A stretch of DNA of 64,000 bases from NCBI GenBank assembly GCA_963785725.1, contig CAWAWS010000007.1, positions 480,001 through 544,000 of the forward strand, given 5' to 3'. This DNA is from an uncultured delta proteobacterium. Lineage in GTDB: Bacteria; Myxococcota_A; Polyangia; Palsa-1104. Position numbers and translations under genes: made by a program. Positions 1 through 10,567 of the stretch are shown here, piece after piece; position 1 is the stretch's first letter, and each line of letters begins with the position of its first letter. The notes beneath the pieces were generated by a model. It was not told the origin of the DNA and did not search any database. It was given only the letters and a program-made list of their open reading frames with translations.

Positions 1-1116
1 GACGCGCGACAAGGAGCGCACCGGATCGAGCGCCGGCCACTGATTGCGCGCGGCGCGCTCGGCCGAGAGCACGATGTGACCGTCCAAGATCGCGCGCACC
101 TCTTCGGCGATCGGATCGTCGCCGTCGTCGCCCGAGGTCAAGACGGCGTAAACGGCGGTGATCGAGCCTTTGTCCGACTGGCCCGAGCGCTCGAGCAGGC
201 GCGGCAAGAGCGCGAACACCGACGGCGGATAACCTTGGCGCGCCGGCGGCTCGCCCGCGGCCAGGCCGACCTCGCGCTGCGCTCGCGCCACGCGCGTCAA
301 CGAGTCCACGAGCAGGAGCACGCGCTTGCCCTGCTCGCGGAAATATTCGGCGACGGCGGTGGCGGTCAGCGCCGACTTCAAGCGCAGGAGCGGCGCCGCG
401 TCCGACGTGGCCACGACGCAGACGGCGCGGCGGCGGCTCTCGTCGTCGAGCTGCGTCTCCAAGAAGTCGCGCACCTCGCGGCCGCGCTCGCCGACGAGGC
501 CGATGACGATGACGTCGGCTTCGGTGTGGCGCGCGATGTGGCCGAGCAGCGTCGACTTGCCGAGACCGGGGCCGGCGAAGAGGCCGATGCGCTGGCCCTC
601 ACCGACGGTGGCGACGGCGTCGATGGCGCGCACGCCGACCGACAAGGCGCGCGTGACGCGGCGGCGCTGCAGCGGATCGGGCGCGGCGCGCTCGACCGGC
701 CACCAGTCGAGATGGGTCGCGCTGCCGGCGCTGCCGGCGTTTGCCGCGGTGGCGTCGAGCGGCGGGCCGCCGTCGATGGGCTCGCCGAGGCCGTCGATGA
801 CGCGGCCGAGCAGCGGCGCGCCGCAGCGGATGGAGAACGGTCGGCCGGTCGGGCGCACGACGCTGTCGGGACCGACGCCGGCGGCGTTGCCGAGCGGCAA
901 GAGGATGACCTGCTCGCCGTGGAAGCCGACGACCTCGGCGCGCAGCGGGCCGCCGCGGGCGCGCTCGACGATGACCAGCTCGCCGGTGCGCGCGCCGGGC
1001 GCGGTCGCGCGCAAGACGAGCCCGACGAGCTCGGTGACGCGGCCGGCGACGCGCGGCGCGGTCACGCCGTCGACGACGCTGAGCGCGGCTTCGAGCCGCA
1101 GCTTGTCGCCGCTCAC
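1..1116 (-). CDS. sctN: Type III export ATPase, SctN/FliI family (3' end runs off the window)
   Basis: Manual minus-strand translation from GTG 1116 gives GRVTELVGL...AEVVGF...[45 protein letters not shown] (Walker A and GERGREV). Absent from the ORF track because it is truncated. Confidence 0.93.
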   Translation of the reverse strand, partial: MSGDKLRLEAALSVVDGVTAPRVAGRVTELVGLVLRATAPGARTGELVIVERARGGPLRAEVVGFHGEQVILLPLGNAAGVGPDSVVRPTGRPFSIRCGAPLLGRVIDGLGEPIDGGPPLDATAANAGSAGSATHLDWWPVERAAPDPLQRRRVTRALSVGVRAIDAVATVGEGQRIGLFAGPGLGKSTLLGHIARHTEADVIVIGLVGERGREVRDFLETQLDDESRRRAVCVVATSDAAPLLRLKSALTATAVAEYFREQGKRVLLLVDSLTRVARAQREVGLAAGEPPARQGYPPSVFALLPRLLERSGQSDKGSITAVYAVLTSGDDGDDPIAEEVRAILDGHIVLSAERAARNQWPALDPVRSLSRV

Positions 1117-1215
1117 GCCGCGGCCTCGCACGGGCGCGACGGACGAAACGCGGGCGGCTGTAGGCGTACGAGCGGCATCGACGATGGCGGCGTCCTCACG
1201 ATCGACACCGCGCGC

Positions 1216-1827
1216 CTACTCCGGTTCCCCGCGCAGCGCGCGTTCGATCGCGTCGAGCTGCGTCGACAGTCGCGCGTCGATGACGCCGAGCTCGGTCTCG
1301 ACGATGCACCCGCCGCGGCTGACGCCCGGATCCGCACGAAAGACAACCACTTGCGCCGCGCGACAGCGTTCGACGAGGCGCGGCTTGCCGCGTTCGAGCG
1401 CCTCCAGGTCTTCGGCCGCGCAGCGCAAGACGAGCTCGCGTGGCTCGCCCGCGTGCTTGAGCGCCGCGCGCGCCACGTCGACCACGGCGCCGGCGTCGAC
1501 TTGCAGCTCGCGGCCCAAGATCTTCTCGGCGATTCGCACCGCCAGCGTCCGCAGCTCGCTCTCGGCGTTCGCCCGCGCCCGCGCCGCCGCTGCCCGCGCG
1601 CCGACGAGCAGCTCGGTCACCGCCGCCAGGCCGCGCTCGCGCCCTTCGGTCTCGGCGCGCCGGCGCAGCCGCTCGATCTCGTCGTGCGCCGCCTGCAGCT
1701 CGCGCTCGGCCTGCTCGCGCGCCTCGGCGATCAGCCGCTCGGCCTCCAGCTTGGCGTCGAACACGTCGGCCTGCACGATGGCGCGCTTGACCTGCCCGCT
1801 CGCCCCCGACTTGATGACCTTGCTCAT
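1216..1827 (-). CDS. sctL: Type III export stator, SctL/FliH family
   Basis: AxxxGxxxG motif, LAVRIAEKILGREL and C-terminal DPGVSRGGCIVETELGVIDA; directly upstream of the ATPase. Confidence 0.9.
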   Translation of the reverse strand: MSKVIKSGASGQVKRAIVQADVFDAKLEAERLIAEAREQAERELQAAHDEIERLRRRAETEGRERGLAAVTELLVGARAAAARARANAESELRTLAVRIAEKILGRELQVDAGAVVDVARAALKHAGEPRELVLRCAAEDLEALERGKPRLVERCRAAQVVVFRADPGVSRGGCIVETELGVIDARLSTQLDAIERALRGEPE

Positions 1828-1840
1828 GCCGCGTCGCCAA

Positions 1841-1903
1841 TATTGTGCATTCGCATCATGTCATTATGCATTTGCACTACGTTATTATGCATTTGCATCA
1901 TGA
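1841..1903. repeat. 3 x 21-bp TGC-N4-GCA palindromic array
   Basis: TATTGTGCATTCGCATCATGT / CATTATGCATTTGCACTACGT / TATTATGCATTTGCATCATGA, just upstream of sctL. Confidence 0.95.
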
Positions 1904-1926
1904 GCGGCCGAACGATCATGGCCCGA

Positions 1927-2388
1927 TCACTTCTTGCCTTCGGTGTCGGCGGTGGTGATCTCGTTGTCGATCTCGTTCACGTCGTCGGCGCGGCGCGGGA
2001 ACTTCTTGGCCATGCGCGAGCCGACCGATTGGATGGCGCCGCTGATGCCTTCGCCGAAGGCGCCGCGCGCGAACGCCACCTTCATGCGCTGCACGGCGTC
2101 GGCCCAGAAGCCGGAGCCGACCTCTTCGTGGATGCCGACGTCACCGAGGATGCTGAACATGCGATCGCGCGTCGCGACATAGATGAGCACGGCGTTGCGC
2201 TCTTTGGTCTTCGTCAGGCCGAGCCGCGTGAACAGCTCGGTGCCGCGATGATAGGCGTCGCCGCCCGGGCAGCGCGCTTCGACGTGAACCTTGATCTCGC
2301 CCGAAGTGACCCGCTCGGCGGCGCGAATGGCGTCGACGATCTTCTGCTGGTCGGTCGGATGCAGCACCTTGTCGAGCATTCCCGGCAT
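1927..2388 (-). CDS. TPM domain protein (short form)
   Basis: IRAAERVTSGEIKVHVE...TKERNAVLIYVA...ILGDVGIHE...DVNEIDNEI; GAGG upstream of ATG 2388. Confidence 0.88.
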   Translation of the reverse strand: MPGMLDKVLHPTDQQKIVDAIRAAERVTSGEIKVHVEARCPGGDAYHRGTELFTRLGLTKTKERNAVLIYVATRDRMFSILGDVGIHEEVGSGFWADAVQRMKVAFARGAFGEGISGAIQSVGSRMAKKFPRRADDVNEIDNEITTADTEGKK

Positions 2389-2589
2389 TCGTTCCTCGAA
2401 GCCCCCAAAGATGACGCAAATCCTGACGAACGCTCGCTGCCGCCGTCGAAACGAGGCTAGGCGGACGACGTCGCGACGACCGAACTCCAACGTGACGCAG
2501 GCGCGGCAGGCCGTGCCGAGCCAGCGCTCGCGACGGGCGTTGGCGCGCGGCCGGCGCCGGCGAAGACGCGCGCGGCGAAGACGACGTGA

Positions 2590-3345
2590 CTACCAGCTGC
2601 CGCCACTGCCGCCGCCGCCGAACGAGCCGCCGCCGCCGCCCCAGCTGCTGCCGCCGCCGCTGCCGCCGCTCGACCAGCCGCCACCGCCGCCGGTGCCGAT
2701 GAACCAGCCGCCACCGCCGCCACCGCCGCCGCGACGACGGAGGATCTGCACGATCACGAAGATGGCGATGAAGATGAGGATCGGATAGGGGAAGCCGCCG
2801 CCGTTGCCGGAGCCTTGGCTGCGCGGCGCCGCCAGCGGCAGCTTGCCTTCTTCGTGCTGGTGGCCGCCCGTCGCCGTGTCGATCGCGGCCAAGCCGGCGC
2901 GCAGCCCGCCTTCGTAGTCGCCGGCCTTGAAGCGTGGCTCCATCAGCTCGGTGCGAATGCGGCCGGTGAGCGCGTCGGTGAGCTGCCCTTCGAGCCCGTA
3001 GCCGACGGCCATGAAGTCCTTGTGATCCTGAATGAACAGCGTGATGAGGACGCCGTCGCTGTTCTTCTTGGAGCCGATCTTCCAGGCCTCGGCGACCTGC
3101 ATGGTGAAGTCGAACAGCTCCTCGCCGTCGAGCGCCGGGAAGATGGCGACGGCGATCTGTCGCGTCGTGCCCAGCTCATACGACAACAGCTGCTGGTTGA
3201 GCCGCGCCACCGCGTCCGGCGTCAGCGCGTGCGCATAGTCGTTGACCGGCTGGGTCGGTCGCGGCGGCACCGTCAGCGCATGCGCCGCCGGCGACGCCGA
3301 CAGCCCAACGACCGCCACGCACGCCGCGACCACGAGCGCGCGCAT
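2590..3345 (-). CDS. TPM domain membrane protein (YgcG-like) with Gly-rich tail
   Basis: Signal peptide, VNDYAHAL, WKIGSKK..DGVLI, VGYGLEG, TM helix and GGGSFGGGGSGGSW end. Confidence 0.92.
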   Translation of the reverse strand: MRALVVAACVAVVGLSASPAAHALTVPPRPTQPVNDYAHALTPDAVARLNQQLLSYELGTTRQIAVAIFPALDGEELFDFTMQVAEAWKIGSKKNSDGVLITLFIQDHKDFMAVGYGLEGQLTDALTGRIRTELMEPRFKAGDYEGGLRAGLAAIDTATGGHQHEEGKLPLAAPRSQGSGNGGGFPYPILIFIAIFVIVQILRRRGGGGGGGGWFIGTGGGGGWSSGGSGGGSSWGGGGGSFGGGGSGGSW

Positions 3346-3434
3346 CTACGCCGCTCCCGTGGACGACGGCTGACGCGGCGACGGCGGCCGTGAGCCGCGC
3401 GCGCCGCGCGTCGCCGTCCGTCGCAGAAGCTGCT

Positions 3435-4013
3435 TCAGAATTGCACCGCCGGCGCCGTCTCGGCGTTGGGGCTGGTGGCGCGGAACGGCTCCTTCGCCTT
3501 GAAGCCCCAGATCTTGGCCGCGATCATCGTCGGGAATTCGCGGCACTTGACGTTGTAGTCGCGCACCGCGTCGTTGTAGCGCTTGCGCTCGACGGAGATG
3601 CGGTTCTCGGTACCTTCCAGCTGCGACATCAGATCGCGGAAGGCCGCGTTCGCCTTCAGGTCGGGATAGGCCTCCGACGTCGCGATGAGCCGGCCCAGCG
3701 ACGAGGACAGCTTGGCCTGCGCGTCCTCGAACTGCTTGACCTTCTCCGGGTTCGACAGATCGTCGACGCTGAGCTTGATCTGCGTCGCCGAGGCGCGCGC
3801 CGCCGTCACCTCTTGCAGCGTCGTCTCCTCGTGTTTCGCCGAGCCTTTGACGGTGTTGACGAGGTTGGGAATGAGATCGGCGCGACGCTGATAGACGTTC
3901 TCTACCTGCGCCCAGGCCGCTTTGACGCTCTCGTCACCGGACACGAGCGAGTTGTAGCCACAGCCCGACAGCGGCAGGACGAGCGCGAGGACGAGCATGA
4001 CGGATCGCTTCAT
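3435..4013 (-). CDS. lemA: LemA family lipoprotein
   Basis: Lipobox LSGC, YQRRADLIPNLV, EAYPDLKAN, LEGTENRI. Confidence 0.95.
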   Translation of the reverse strand: MKRSVMLVLALVLPLSGCGYNSLVSGDESVKAAWAQVENVYQRRADLIPNLVNTVKGSAKHEETTLQEVTAARASATQIKLSVDDLSNPEKVKQFEDAQAKLSSSLGRLIATSEAYPDLKANAAFRDLMSQLEGTENRISVERKRYNDAVRDYNVKCREFPTMIAAKIWGFKAKEPFRATSPNAETAPAVQF

Positions 4014-4020
4014 GCCTTGA

Positions 4021-4875
4021 TTATAGGTCCCGATCGACGACGTTGGCCAGCCGCGCCAGGGCGGCGCCGCGCTCGCCGTCACTGCTGGGCGCCGCCGCCG
4101 CGTCGACGAGCGCCTGCCCGAGCGCGCGCGGCAGCCGTTGCGCGACGCGGCGCAGCTCGTCGCCGTCGCGCGCCAACGCCGGCCCGAGCCAGGCCGCGCC
4201 GACGCGAAAGAACAGCGCCGACGCGCGATCGCGACCGCCGTCGCCGCCGAGCTCGCCGTCGTCACCGGCGCCGCCGACGCCGCCGCCGGCAAAGAACACC
4301 GCGTGCTGGGCCGCCTTGATGTCGTCGGGCGTGGCCGTTTTTTGCACGCGCAGCTCGGTCACTTCGGCGACGAGCGCGCTGGCCGCCGGCTCGCCGAGCC
4401 GCGCGCACAGCTGCGCCAGTCCCGCCCGCGGCGCGCCGATGAACGCCAGCGCCACGCGGCGCCGACCGAGCGCCGCCAACGCCAGCTCCAAGCGCTCGGC
4501 CGTATGGCGTGACAGCGACGGCACCGGCGGGTCGTCTTCCATCGCCACCAAGTGCGCGTAGGCCGCGCGGCCCATGTGCGCGCTCGCGGCCGGCCGCGTC
4601 GACTGGGCCGGCGCCACGTACCAGCTGCGATCGATGCGCGCGAGGCCCGCCGGCTCGACGCGATCGAAGGCCGCCGCCGCGCGCGCTCGCGCCGCCGGGT
4701 CGACGAGCGTTGCCGCCAAGCGGCCCAGCGCCGCGGCGTCGGCATGCGCGCCTTTGCCGCGCTCGCTGCAGAATGTCGCCGCCGCCTCACCGAGCGCGCG
4801 CGCCGCCGCCAGCGCAAAGCCGCGCGCCCGCGTCGATGGCGCCGGCGCCGATGGTGTCGATGAAGCCGGGTTCAC
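4021..4875 (-). CDS. Hypothetical protein, possibly SctK-like T3SS sorting-platform component
   Basis: C-terminal part of ORF 4021..6279 from GTG 4875 (GTGA overlap with the upstream stop); helical Ala/Leu-rich protein with RRVAQRLPRALG. The family call is inferred from position upstream of sctL. Confidence 0.55.
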   Translation of the reverse strand: MNPASSTPSAPAPSTRARGFALAAARALGEAAATFCSERGKGAHADAAALGRLAATLVDPAARARAAAAFDRVEPAGLARIDRSWYVAPAQSTRPAASAHMGRAAYAHLVAMEDDPPVPSLSRHTAERLELALAALGRRRVALAFIGAPRAGLAQLCARLGEPAASALVAEVTELRVQKTATPDDIKAAQHAVFFAGGGVGGAGDDGELGGDGGRDRASALFFRVGAAWLGPALARDGDELRRVAQRLPRALGQALVDAAAAPSSDGERGAALARLANVVDRDL

Positions 4876-6371
4876 GAGGCGTTGCCGCGCAGCCGCCAGC
4901 GCTGCACTTTGCCGTCGGGCGCGCGCGGCAGCGCATCGACGAACGACACTTGCCGCGGGTATTTGTAGGGCGCGATCTCGTCCTTCACGAACTGCATGAG
5001 CCCTTGCGCCAGCGCGTCCGACGGCGTCTGCCCGACGTTCACGACGACGTACGCATGCGGCTGCGGCAGCCCATCGGCGTCGCGATCTTCGACGACCGCA
5101 CACTCCCAGACCGCCGGATGCAGCAGCAGCGCGCGCTCGACCTCGCCCGGCGCGACCCAGCGGCCGCCGACCTTGAACAGATCGTCGGCGCGCCCGCAGT
5201 GATAGAAGTAGCCGTCGCTGTCGACGAGGAAGCGATCGCCCGAGCGCAGCTTGCCGGTCACGGTCGGCGCCTCCAGCTCGAGCGCGCCGATCTCTTGCGC
5301 CGGGCAGGCCTTGCCCTCGTCGTCGACGACGCGCGCCGTGATGCCGGGCAGCGGCTTGCCGACCGAGAGCGCGCGGCGATCGCCGGGACGATTGGAGAGC
5401 ACGAACGACAGCGCGTCCGACAGCCCGAAGCCATGCAAGAGCTCGACGCCGAACAGCTCGTGCACGCGCTTGTCGACGGCCAGCGGCAACGTCTCGCCGC
5501 CCGACACCGCGTGCCGCACCGCCGCCATCAGCTGTGGTCGCGGCACGCTCAGGAGCGCGTAGTCGTTCGCCAGCTGCGCCCACAGCGACGGCGTCGCCGC
5601 CAGCACCGTCGGCTGGAACGCGGCCAGCACGTCGAAGAGCGCGCGCGGCCGCGCCCGCTGCGGCATGAGGAACGTCACCGCGCCCGCGGCCAGCGGGAAC
5701 AAGAGGCCGAGCCCGAGGCCGTACGCCGTCGACAGCTTGGCCGTCGCCAGCACGCGGTCGGTCTCCGCCAAATGCAGCACTTCGCGCGCGTAACAGCTGA
5801 ACGCCAGCGCCGCCGCGTCGTGGCCGTGCGTCGACGCGTGCGGCTCGTCGGTGACGCTGCCGGAATAGAGCCGGAACGCCGGCACGTCCTCGTCCGACTC
5901 GTGCGCGGCATAAGACGGCTCGACGTCGCGCGCCAGCGCCGAGAAGTCGACCTGGCCCGGATGCGCGCCACCCACGGTGCACAAGTGGCGCAAGGTCGGC
6001 AGCTCGCCGCGAATCTGATCGACGCCGCTCGCCAAATCGCCGGCCGCGATCACTTCCACCGCTTGCGAATGGTTGATGAGCGTCCGCAGCTCGAGCGGCC
6101 GCAAGAGCGCGTTGAGCGGCACGGCCACGGCCCCGATGCGCGCGCAGGCCAAGAAGATCGACGCCAGCTCCGCCGAGTCGTGCATGACGAGCGCGACGCG
6201 TTCGCCGGGCTTGACGCCCAGCTCCTTCAGCGCCGACGCTGCGCGCGCGGATTCGTCGCACAGGCGTGAATAGGTCCACACCCGCTTCGGCTCACGAATC
6301 GCCGCCTGTTCCCCCCGGCCTGCCTCGACGTGGTCGTCGATGAGGGCGCGGGAGAGGTTCCTCTGCGCCAC
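4872..6371 (-). CDS. AMP-binding protein, benzoate-CoA ligase family (divergent motifs)
   Basis: AYGLGLGLLFPL, SGGETLP, SGDRF, GRADDLFKVGGRWVAPGEVE, APYKYPR..F.DALPR..DGKVQR. Confidence 0.85.
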   Translation of the reverse strand: MAQRNLSRALIDDHVEAGRGEQAAIREPKRVWTYSRLCDESARAASALKELGVKPGERVALVMHDSAELASIFLACARIGAVAVPLNALLRPLELRTLINHSQAVEVIAAGDLASGVDQIRGELPTLRHLCTVGGAHPGQVDFSALARDVEPSYAAHESDEDVPAFRLYSGSVTDEPHASTHGHDAAALAFSCYAREVLHLAETDRVLATAKLSTAYGLGLGLLFPLAAGAVTFLMPQRARPRALFDVLAAFQPTVLAATPSLWAQLANDYALLSVPRPQLMAAVRHAVSGGETLPLAVDKRVHELFGVELLHGFGLSDALSFVLSNRPGDRRALSVGKPLPGITARVVDDEGKACPAQEIGALELEAPTVTGKLRSGDRFLVDSDGYFYHCGRADDLFKVGGRWVAPGEVERALLLHPAVWECAVVEDRDADGLPQPHAYVVVNVGQTPSDALAQGLMQFVKDEIAPYKYPRQVSFVDALPRAPDGKVQRWRLRGNAS

Positions 6372-6415
6372 TTGAGATCAGTGTACACCATGCCGCGGCG
6401 TGTTATAAGCGCGAC

Positions 6416-6994
6416 ATGCGCATCATTGGTGGCCGCGCCGGTGGCCGCACGCTGCGAGCGCCCAAAGGCGATGGCACCCGTCCGACGTCGGACAAGGTGC
6501 GCGAGGCGATCTTCAACATCCTCGACTCCAACTTCGAGACGCCCGCGCGTGTCCTCGATCTCTACGCCGGCTCGGGCGGTTTGGGCCTGGAAGCGCTGTC
6601 GCGCGGCGCCACCTCCGCGCTCTTCGTCGACGCCGACGAGGACGCCTGCGAGGTCATCCAGGCCAACATCGACACGCTGAGCTGTAGTGGCGCTGCGGTA
6701 ATCTGTAGCCCGGTCGTACGCTGGCTCACGAAGCAGGCGGGCGCAGATTTCGGTTGGGTCTTCCTCGATCCGCCGTACGATTCCCATAAGACGGGCGAGC
6801 TCGACAAAGCGCTGGGCCTCATCGTGCGCAAAGAGGTGCTGGCGCCCGACGGGCTCGTCATCGCCGAGCACGAGTGGCGCAACGCGCCCGAAGACAAGAT
6901 CGGCGACGACGAGAACGCCTTGGCGCTCTTCGATCGCCGACGTTACGGACAAACGGCGGTGTCGTTCTACCGACGGAGTGAAGCAAATGGCTGA
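6416..6994 (+). CDS. rsmD: 16S rRNA (guanine966-N2) methyltransferase
   Basis: [45 protein letters not shown]. Confidence 0.96.
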   Translation: MRIIGGRAGGRTLRAPKGDGTRPTSDKVREAIFNILDSNFETPARVLDLYAGSGGLGLEALSRGATSALFVDADEDACEVIQANIDTLSCSGAAVICSPVVRWLTKQAGADFGWVFLDPPYDSHKTGELDKALGLIVRKEVLAPDGLVIAEHEWRNAPEDKIGDDENALALFDRRRYGQTAVSFYRRSEANG

Positions 6995-7479
6995 GCGCAT
7001 CGCGATCTACCCCGGCTCGTTCGATCCCATCACCAACGGGCACGTCGACATCCTGCAGCGCGCGCTCGCCATGTTCGATCGCGTCGTCGTCGCCATCGCC
7101 AACAACGTCCGCAAGGCGCCGCTCTTCACCGTCGACGAGCGCCGCCAGCACATCCTGACCGCCGTCGGCCACGACACGCGCGTCGAAGTGGACGCGTTCG
7201 AGGGCTTGCTCGTCGAGTACGTCGAAAAACGCGGCGCCCGCATCGTCGTGCGCGGCCTGCGCGCGCTCGCCGACTTCGAGTACGAGTTCCAGCTCGCGCA
7301 CATGAATCGGCGCCTCGGCCACGACATCGACACCATCTTCCTCATGACCTCGGAGAAGGACTTTTACGTCTCCTCGTCGCTGGTCAAAGAGGTCGCGCAG
7401 TTCGGCGGTCGACGTCACCGGTCTCGTGCCGGCGACGGTGGAGACCGCGTTGTACGAACGACTAGGAAAGGGAAAATGA
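6987..7479 (+). CDS. coaD: Phosphopantetheine adenylyltransferase (extra base near 7410)
   Basis: [39 protein letters not shown]; the native end [22 protein letters not shown] is in the +1 frame and stops at 7477-7479. Confidence 0.92.
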
Positions 7480-8654
7480 AGATCGCCGCACGCGTCACCC
7501 GCATTCAGCCGTCGCTCACCCTCGCTGTCAGCGCCAAAGCCGCCAAGCTGAAGGCGCAAGGCGTCGATGTCATCGCCTTCGGCGTCGGCGAGCCCGACTT
7601 CGACACGCCCGATTACGTCAAAGACGCGGCCATCGCCGCGATCCAGAAGGGCGGCGTCGCCAAATACACCGCCGTATCGGGCACGCCCGCGTTGCGCGCC
7701 GCCGTCGCTGCCGAGCTCAACGGTGCGCACGGCACGAAGCACACGGCCGACGACGTCATCGTCTCGGTCGGCGCCAAGCACTCGCTCTTCAACCTGTTCA
7801 TGGCGATGCTCGACGACGGCGACGAGGTGATCATTCCGTCGCCGTGCTGGGTCAGCTATCCCGAGCTCGTGCAGATGGCGGGCGGCAAAGCGGTCCTCTT
7901 GCCGTCGAAGGCCGAGGACGGCTACCAGCTCGACGGTGACGCGCTGGCCAAGCTGGTGACGCCGAAGACGCGCGCCATCATGCTCAACTCGCCGTCGAAT
8001 CCGACCGGCGCCGTTTACAACAAGCAGTCGATGGAAGCGGTCGCCAGCGTGCTGCGCGCGAACCCCGAGGTTTACGCGATCACCGACGACATCTATCGCA
8101 AGCTCGTCTACGGCGTCGAGTGGCTGTCGCTGCCGCGGCTGGCGCCCGACATCGCCGACCGCGTGCTGCTCGTCGACGGCGTGTCCAAGACGTACGCCAT
8201 GACCGGCTGGCGCATCGGCTACTTGGCCGGCCCGCGCGCGCTCGTCAAGGCGATGGACACGCTGCAAGGCCAGTCGACGACGAACGCCTCGGCCGTCGCG
8301 CAAGCCGCGGCGCTGGCCGCGTTGACCGGCCCGCAGGACTCGATCTCCACGATGCACACCGAGTTCGATCGCCGTCGCCGCGCCATGACCGCCGGCCTGC
8401 GCGCAATCCCGCAGGTCGTGCTGCACGAGCCGCTGGGCGCGTTCTACTGCTTCCCCGACTTCTCCGCCTATTGCGGCGGGCAGTTCAAAGACGACGTCGC
8501 GCTCGCCGAGTACATCCTCGAGCAAGGCCGCGTCGCCGTCGTTCCCGGCACTGGCTTCAGCGCGCCCGGCTTCTTGCGCCTGTCCTACGCCACGTCGATG
8601 AAGAACGTCGAAGAGGGCGTTCGCCGCATCGCCGAAGCCCTCGCCAAGCTCTAA
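7476..8654 (+). CDS. aspC: PLP-dependent aminotransferase class I/II (aspartate aminotransferase)
   Basis: [37 protein letters not shown] overlap with the coaD stop. Confidence 0.9.
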   Translation: MKIAARVTRIQPSLTLAVSAKAAKLKAQGVDVIAFGVGEPDFDTPDYVKDAAIAAIQKGGVAKYTAVSGTPALRAAVAAELNGAHGTKHTADDVIVSVGAKHSLFNLFMAMLDDGDEVIIPSPCWVSYPELVQMAGGKAVLLPSKAEDGYQLDGDALAKLVTPKTRAIMLNSPSNPTGAVYNKQSMEAVASVLRANPEVYAITDDIYRKLVYGVEWLSLPRLAPDIADRVLLVDGVSKTYAMTGWRIGYLAGPRALVKAMDTLQGQSTTNASAVAQAAALAALTGPQDSISTMHTEFDRRRRAMTAGLRAIPQVVLHEPLGAFYCFPDFSAYCGGQFKDDVALAEYILEQGRVAVVPGTGFSAPGFLRLSYATSMKNVEEGVRRIAEALAKL

Positions 8655-8673
8655 TCGGCCGTAGGCGTTCGCG

Positions 8674-9462
8674 TCAGCGTGCGCGCAGCGTGAAGATCGC
8701 GCACTCGGCCGGCGCGCCCGCGCGAATCGGCACCGACGACGAGCCAATCCCGCAGTTCACATACAACAGCGCGTCCTGAACGTCGTAGAAGCCGGCGAGA
8801 TAGCGGTTGCCGAAGCGGGCCGCGATCTTCTCGGTCAAGGAGCCGATCTTGACGTGCCCGCCATGCGTGTGGCCGGCGAGGATGAGCCCCTTGCCGTTGT
8901 CCGCCGCGCGATCGGCCAAGTTCGGCACGTGCGTCAGCACGATGCGGCTGCCCTCTTTGCGCACGCCGGTGAACGCCTTTTTGACGTCGGCGTGGCCGGT
9001 GATGGCGTCGTCGATGCCGACGATCGTCAAGGGCGCGTGGTTCAGCTGCACCTCCGAGTGCCCGTTGCGCAGGACGCTCATGCCGTTGCGCTCGAGCGCG
9101 CGACGCACGCCGGCGCCGTCGGTCCAATAGTCGTGATTGCCGAGCACGGCGTAGGTGGGCACGCGAATCCCGCGCGTCAGCTCCGCCAGCCGACCGACGA
9201 ACTTCGGCGCGTAGCAGACGAAATCGCCGGTCAAGAGCAGCAGATCGGGCTTGGCATCCTGCGCCATCTCGAGCGCGCGCAAGATCTTGCGGGCCGGCGT
9301 CAACAGGCCGACGTGCAGGTCGGTCAGGTGCGCGATGCGAACGCCGTCGTGCGCTTCGTCGAGCCCAGGTACGACGACGTCGCGCTCGACGAGCCGTGGC
9401 CCATCGGGGCGCCGCTTGTGAAACCGCGAGCGAACCAGCGCCGGTCCCGCGTGGCTGTGCAT
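8674..9462 (-). CDS. Metallophosphoesterase (YkuE-like)
   Basis: TDLH, TGDF, GNHD and AGHTHGG motifs. Confidence 0.9.
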   Translation of the reverse strand: MHSHAGPALVRSRFHKRRPDGPRLVERDVVVPGLDEAHDGVRIAHLTDLHVGLLTPARKILRALEMAQDAKPDLLLLTGDFVCYAPKFVGRLAELTRGIRVPTYAVLGNHDYWTDGAGVRRALERNGMSVLRNGHSEVQLNHAPLTIVGIDDAITGHADVKKAFTGVRKEGSRIVLTHVPNLADRAADNGKGLILAGHTHGGHVKIGSLTEKIAARFGNRYLAGFYDVQDALLYVNCGIGSSSVPIRAGAPAECAIFTLRAR

Positions 9463-9558
9463 TGACCTAAGTATAGGTCGGTCACGCGAGGGCGCCCGAA
9501 CTAAAGTTGCACGCGGAAACGCCGGAAATGTAGGGGAGTGGGCGAAGAAAACGACGAG

Positions 9559-10482
9559 TTACGCGTTCTTGAAGACGTTCATCACGTCGCCGAGCAGCTT
9601 CAGCGCGTCCTTGTGCGGGCGCTGGAACGCGTTGCGACCCATGATGCTGCCGAAGCCGCCGCCGGCCGCGATCTGCTTGACGTCCTCGAGCACGCCCGCG
9701 TCGTCCTTGGTCTCGCCGCCCGAGAAGATGACGATGCGCTTGCCGTTGAAGCACGACTGCACGACGTGACGCACGCGATCGGCCAGCGTCTTGGTCGGGA
9801 TGTTGTACTTCTCGAAGACCTTCTTGGCCTCCTCCTGGTACACGACATCTTTCGGCGGCTTGACCTTCACGATGTGCGCGCCGAGCTGGCACGACACCTG
9901 CGCCGCGTAGGCCGTGACATCCGCCGCCTGCTCGCCCTCTTTCGCCAAGCCCGCGCCGCGCGGATAGGCCCACAGAACGGTCGGCAAGCCGACGTCTTTG
10001 GCCTCGAGGATGAGCTCGCGAATCTCCTGATACATCGTGTTGCGCGCGGAAGATCCCGGGTAAATCGTGAAGCCGATGGCCGAACAGCCGAGGCGCAGCG
10101 CGTCCTTCACCGAGCCCGTCACCGCCGAGCACGGCTCCTGCTTCGACAGCGTGTCCGAGTTGTTCAGCTTCAGGATCAGCGGCACCTGGCCGGCGAACTT
10201 GAGCACGCTCGCTTCGAGCTGCCCGAGCGGCGCCGCGTAGGCGTTGCAGCCGGCGTCGATGGCGAGCTGGAAGTGATAGTCGGGATCGTACGCCGCCGGA
10301 TTGGGCGCGAACGAGCGCGCCGGACCGTGCTCGAAGCCCTGGTCGACGGGCAGAATCACCATCTTGCCGGTGCCGGCGAGCGTGCCGTGGTTGAGCAGGC
10401 GCGCCAAGTTGGTGACGACGCCCGGGTTCTCCGAAGCGTACCAAGACAGGATGTGACGGACTTTATCGGTCGTCTGCGACAT
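9559..10482 (-). CDS. fbaB: Class I fructose-bisphosphate aldolase
   Basis: ILPVDQGFEHGPARSFAPN, LWAYPRG, IVKVK, GSIMGRNAFQR. Confidence 0.94.
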   Translation of the reverse strand: MSQTTDKVRHILSWYASENPGVVTNLARLLNHGTLAGTGKMVILPVDQGFEHGPARSFAPNPAAYDPDYHFQLAIDAGCNAYAAPLGQLEASVLKFAGQVPLILKLNNSDTLSKQEPCSAVTGSVKDALRLGCSAIGFTIYPGSSARNTMYQEIRELILEAKDVGLPTVLWAYPRGAGLAKEGEQAADVTAYAAQVSCQLGAHIVKVKPPKDVVYQEEAKKVFEKYNIPTKTLADRVRHVVQSCFNGKRIVIFSGGETKDDAGVLEDVKQIAAGGGFGSIMGRNAFQRPHKDALKLLGDVMNVFKNA

Positions 10483-10512
10483 GTTCAGCCTCGCTGGGAT
10501 TTTGCTGCGCGC

Positions 10513-10541
10513 ATCGTATGACTAGGCACGCGCAATTGCAA
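10513..10541 (-). promoter_or_regulatory. Putative sigma70-type promoter of fbaB
   Basis: Minus strand TTGCAA-N17-TACGAT about 30 bp upstream of the ATG; the -35 overlaps a degenerate GC-N4-GCA unit. Confidence 0.5.
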
Positions 10542-10567
10542 TCATAGCGTAACTCAGATTAGAGTCA

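Noticed and set aside
76..2460. Long antisense or alternative-frame ORFs (e.g. 76..2460, 12893..15025, 26146..28332, 39709..41517, 47350..49122)
   Set aside because: They are shadow ORFs typical of high-GC DNA, opposite or overlapping genes with clear family motifs.
6978..8654. Apparent CoaD-aminotransferase fusion in the ORF track
   Set aside because: One extra base near 7410 shifts coaD; its native C-terminus and ATGA-coupled stop are intact in the other frame, so it is probably a sequencing indel.
10523..10540. Sigma54 promoter GGCACG...TTGC
   Set aside because: GG-to-GC spacing is 11 instead of 10, and it points into the 3' end of an opposite-strand gene.
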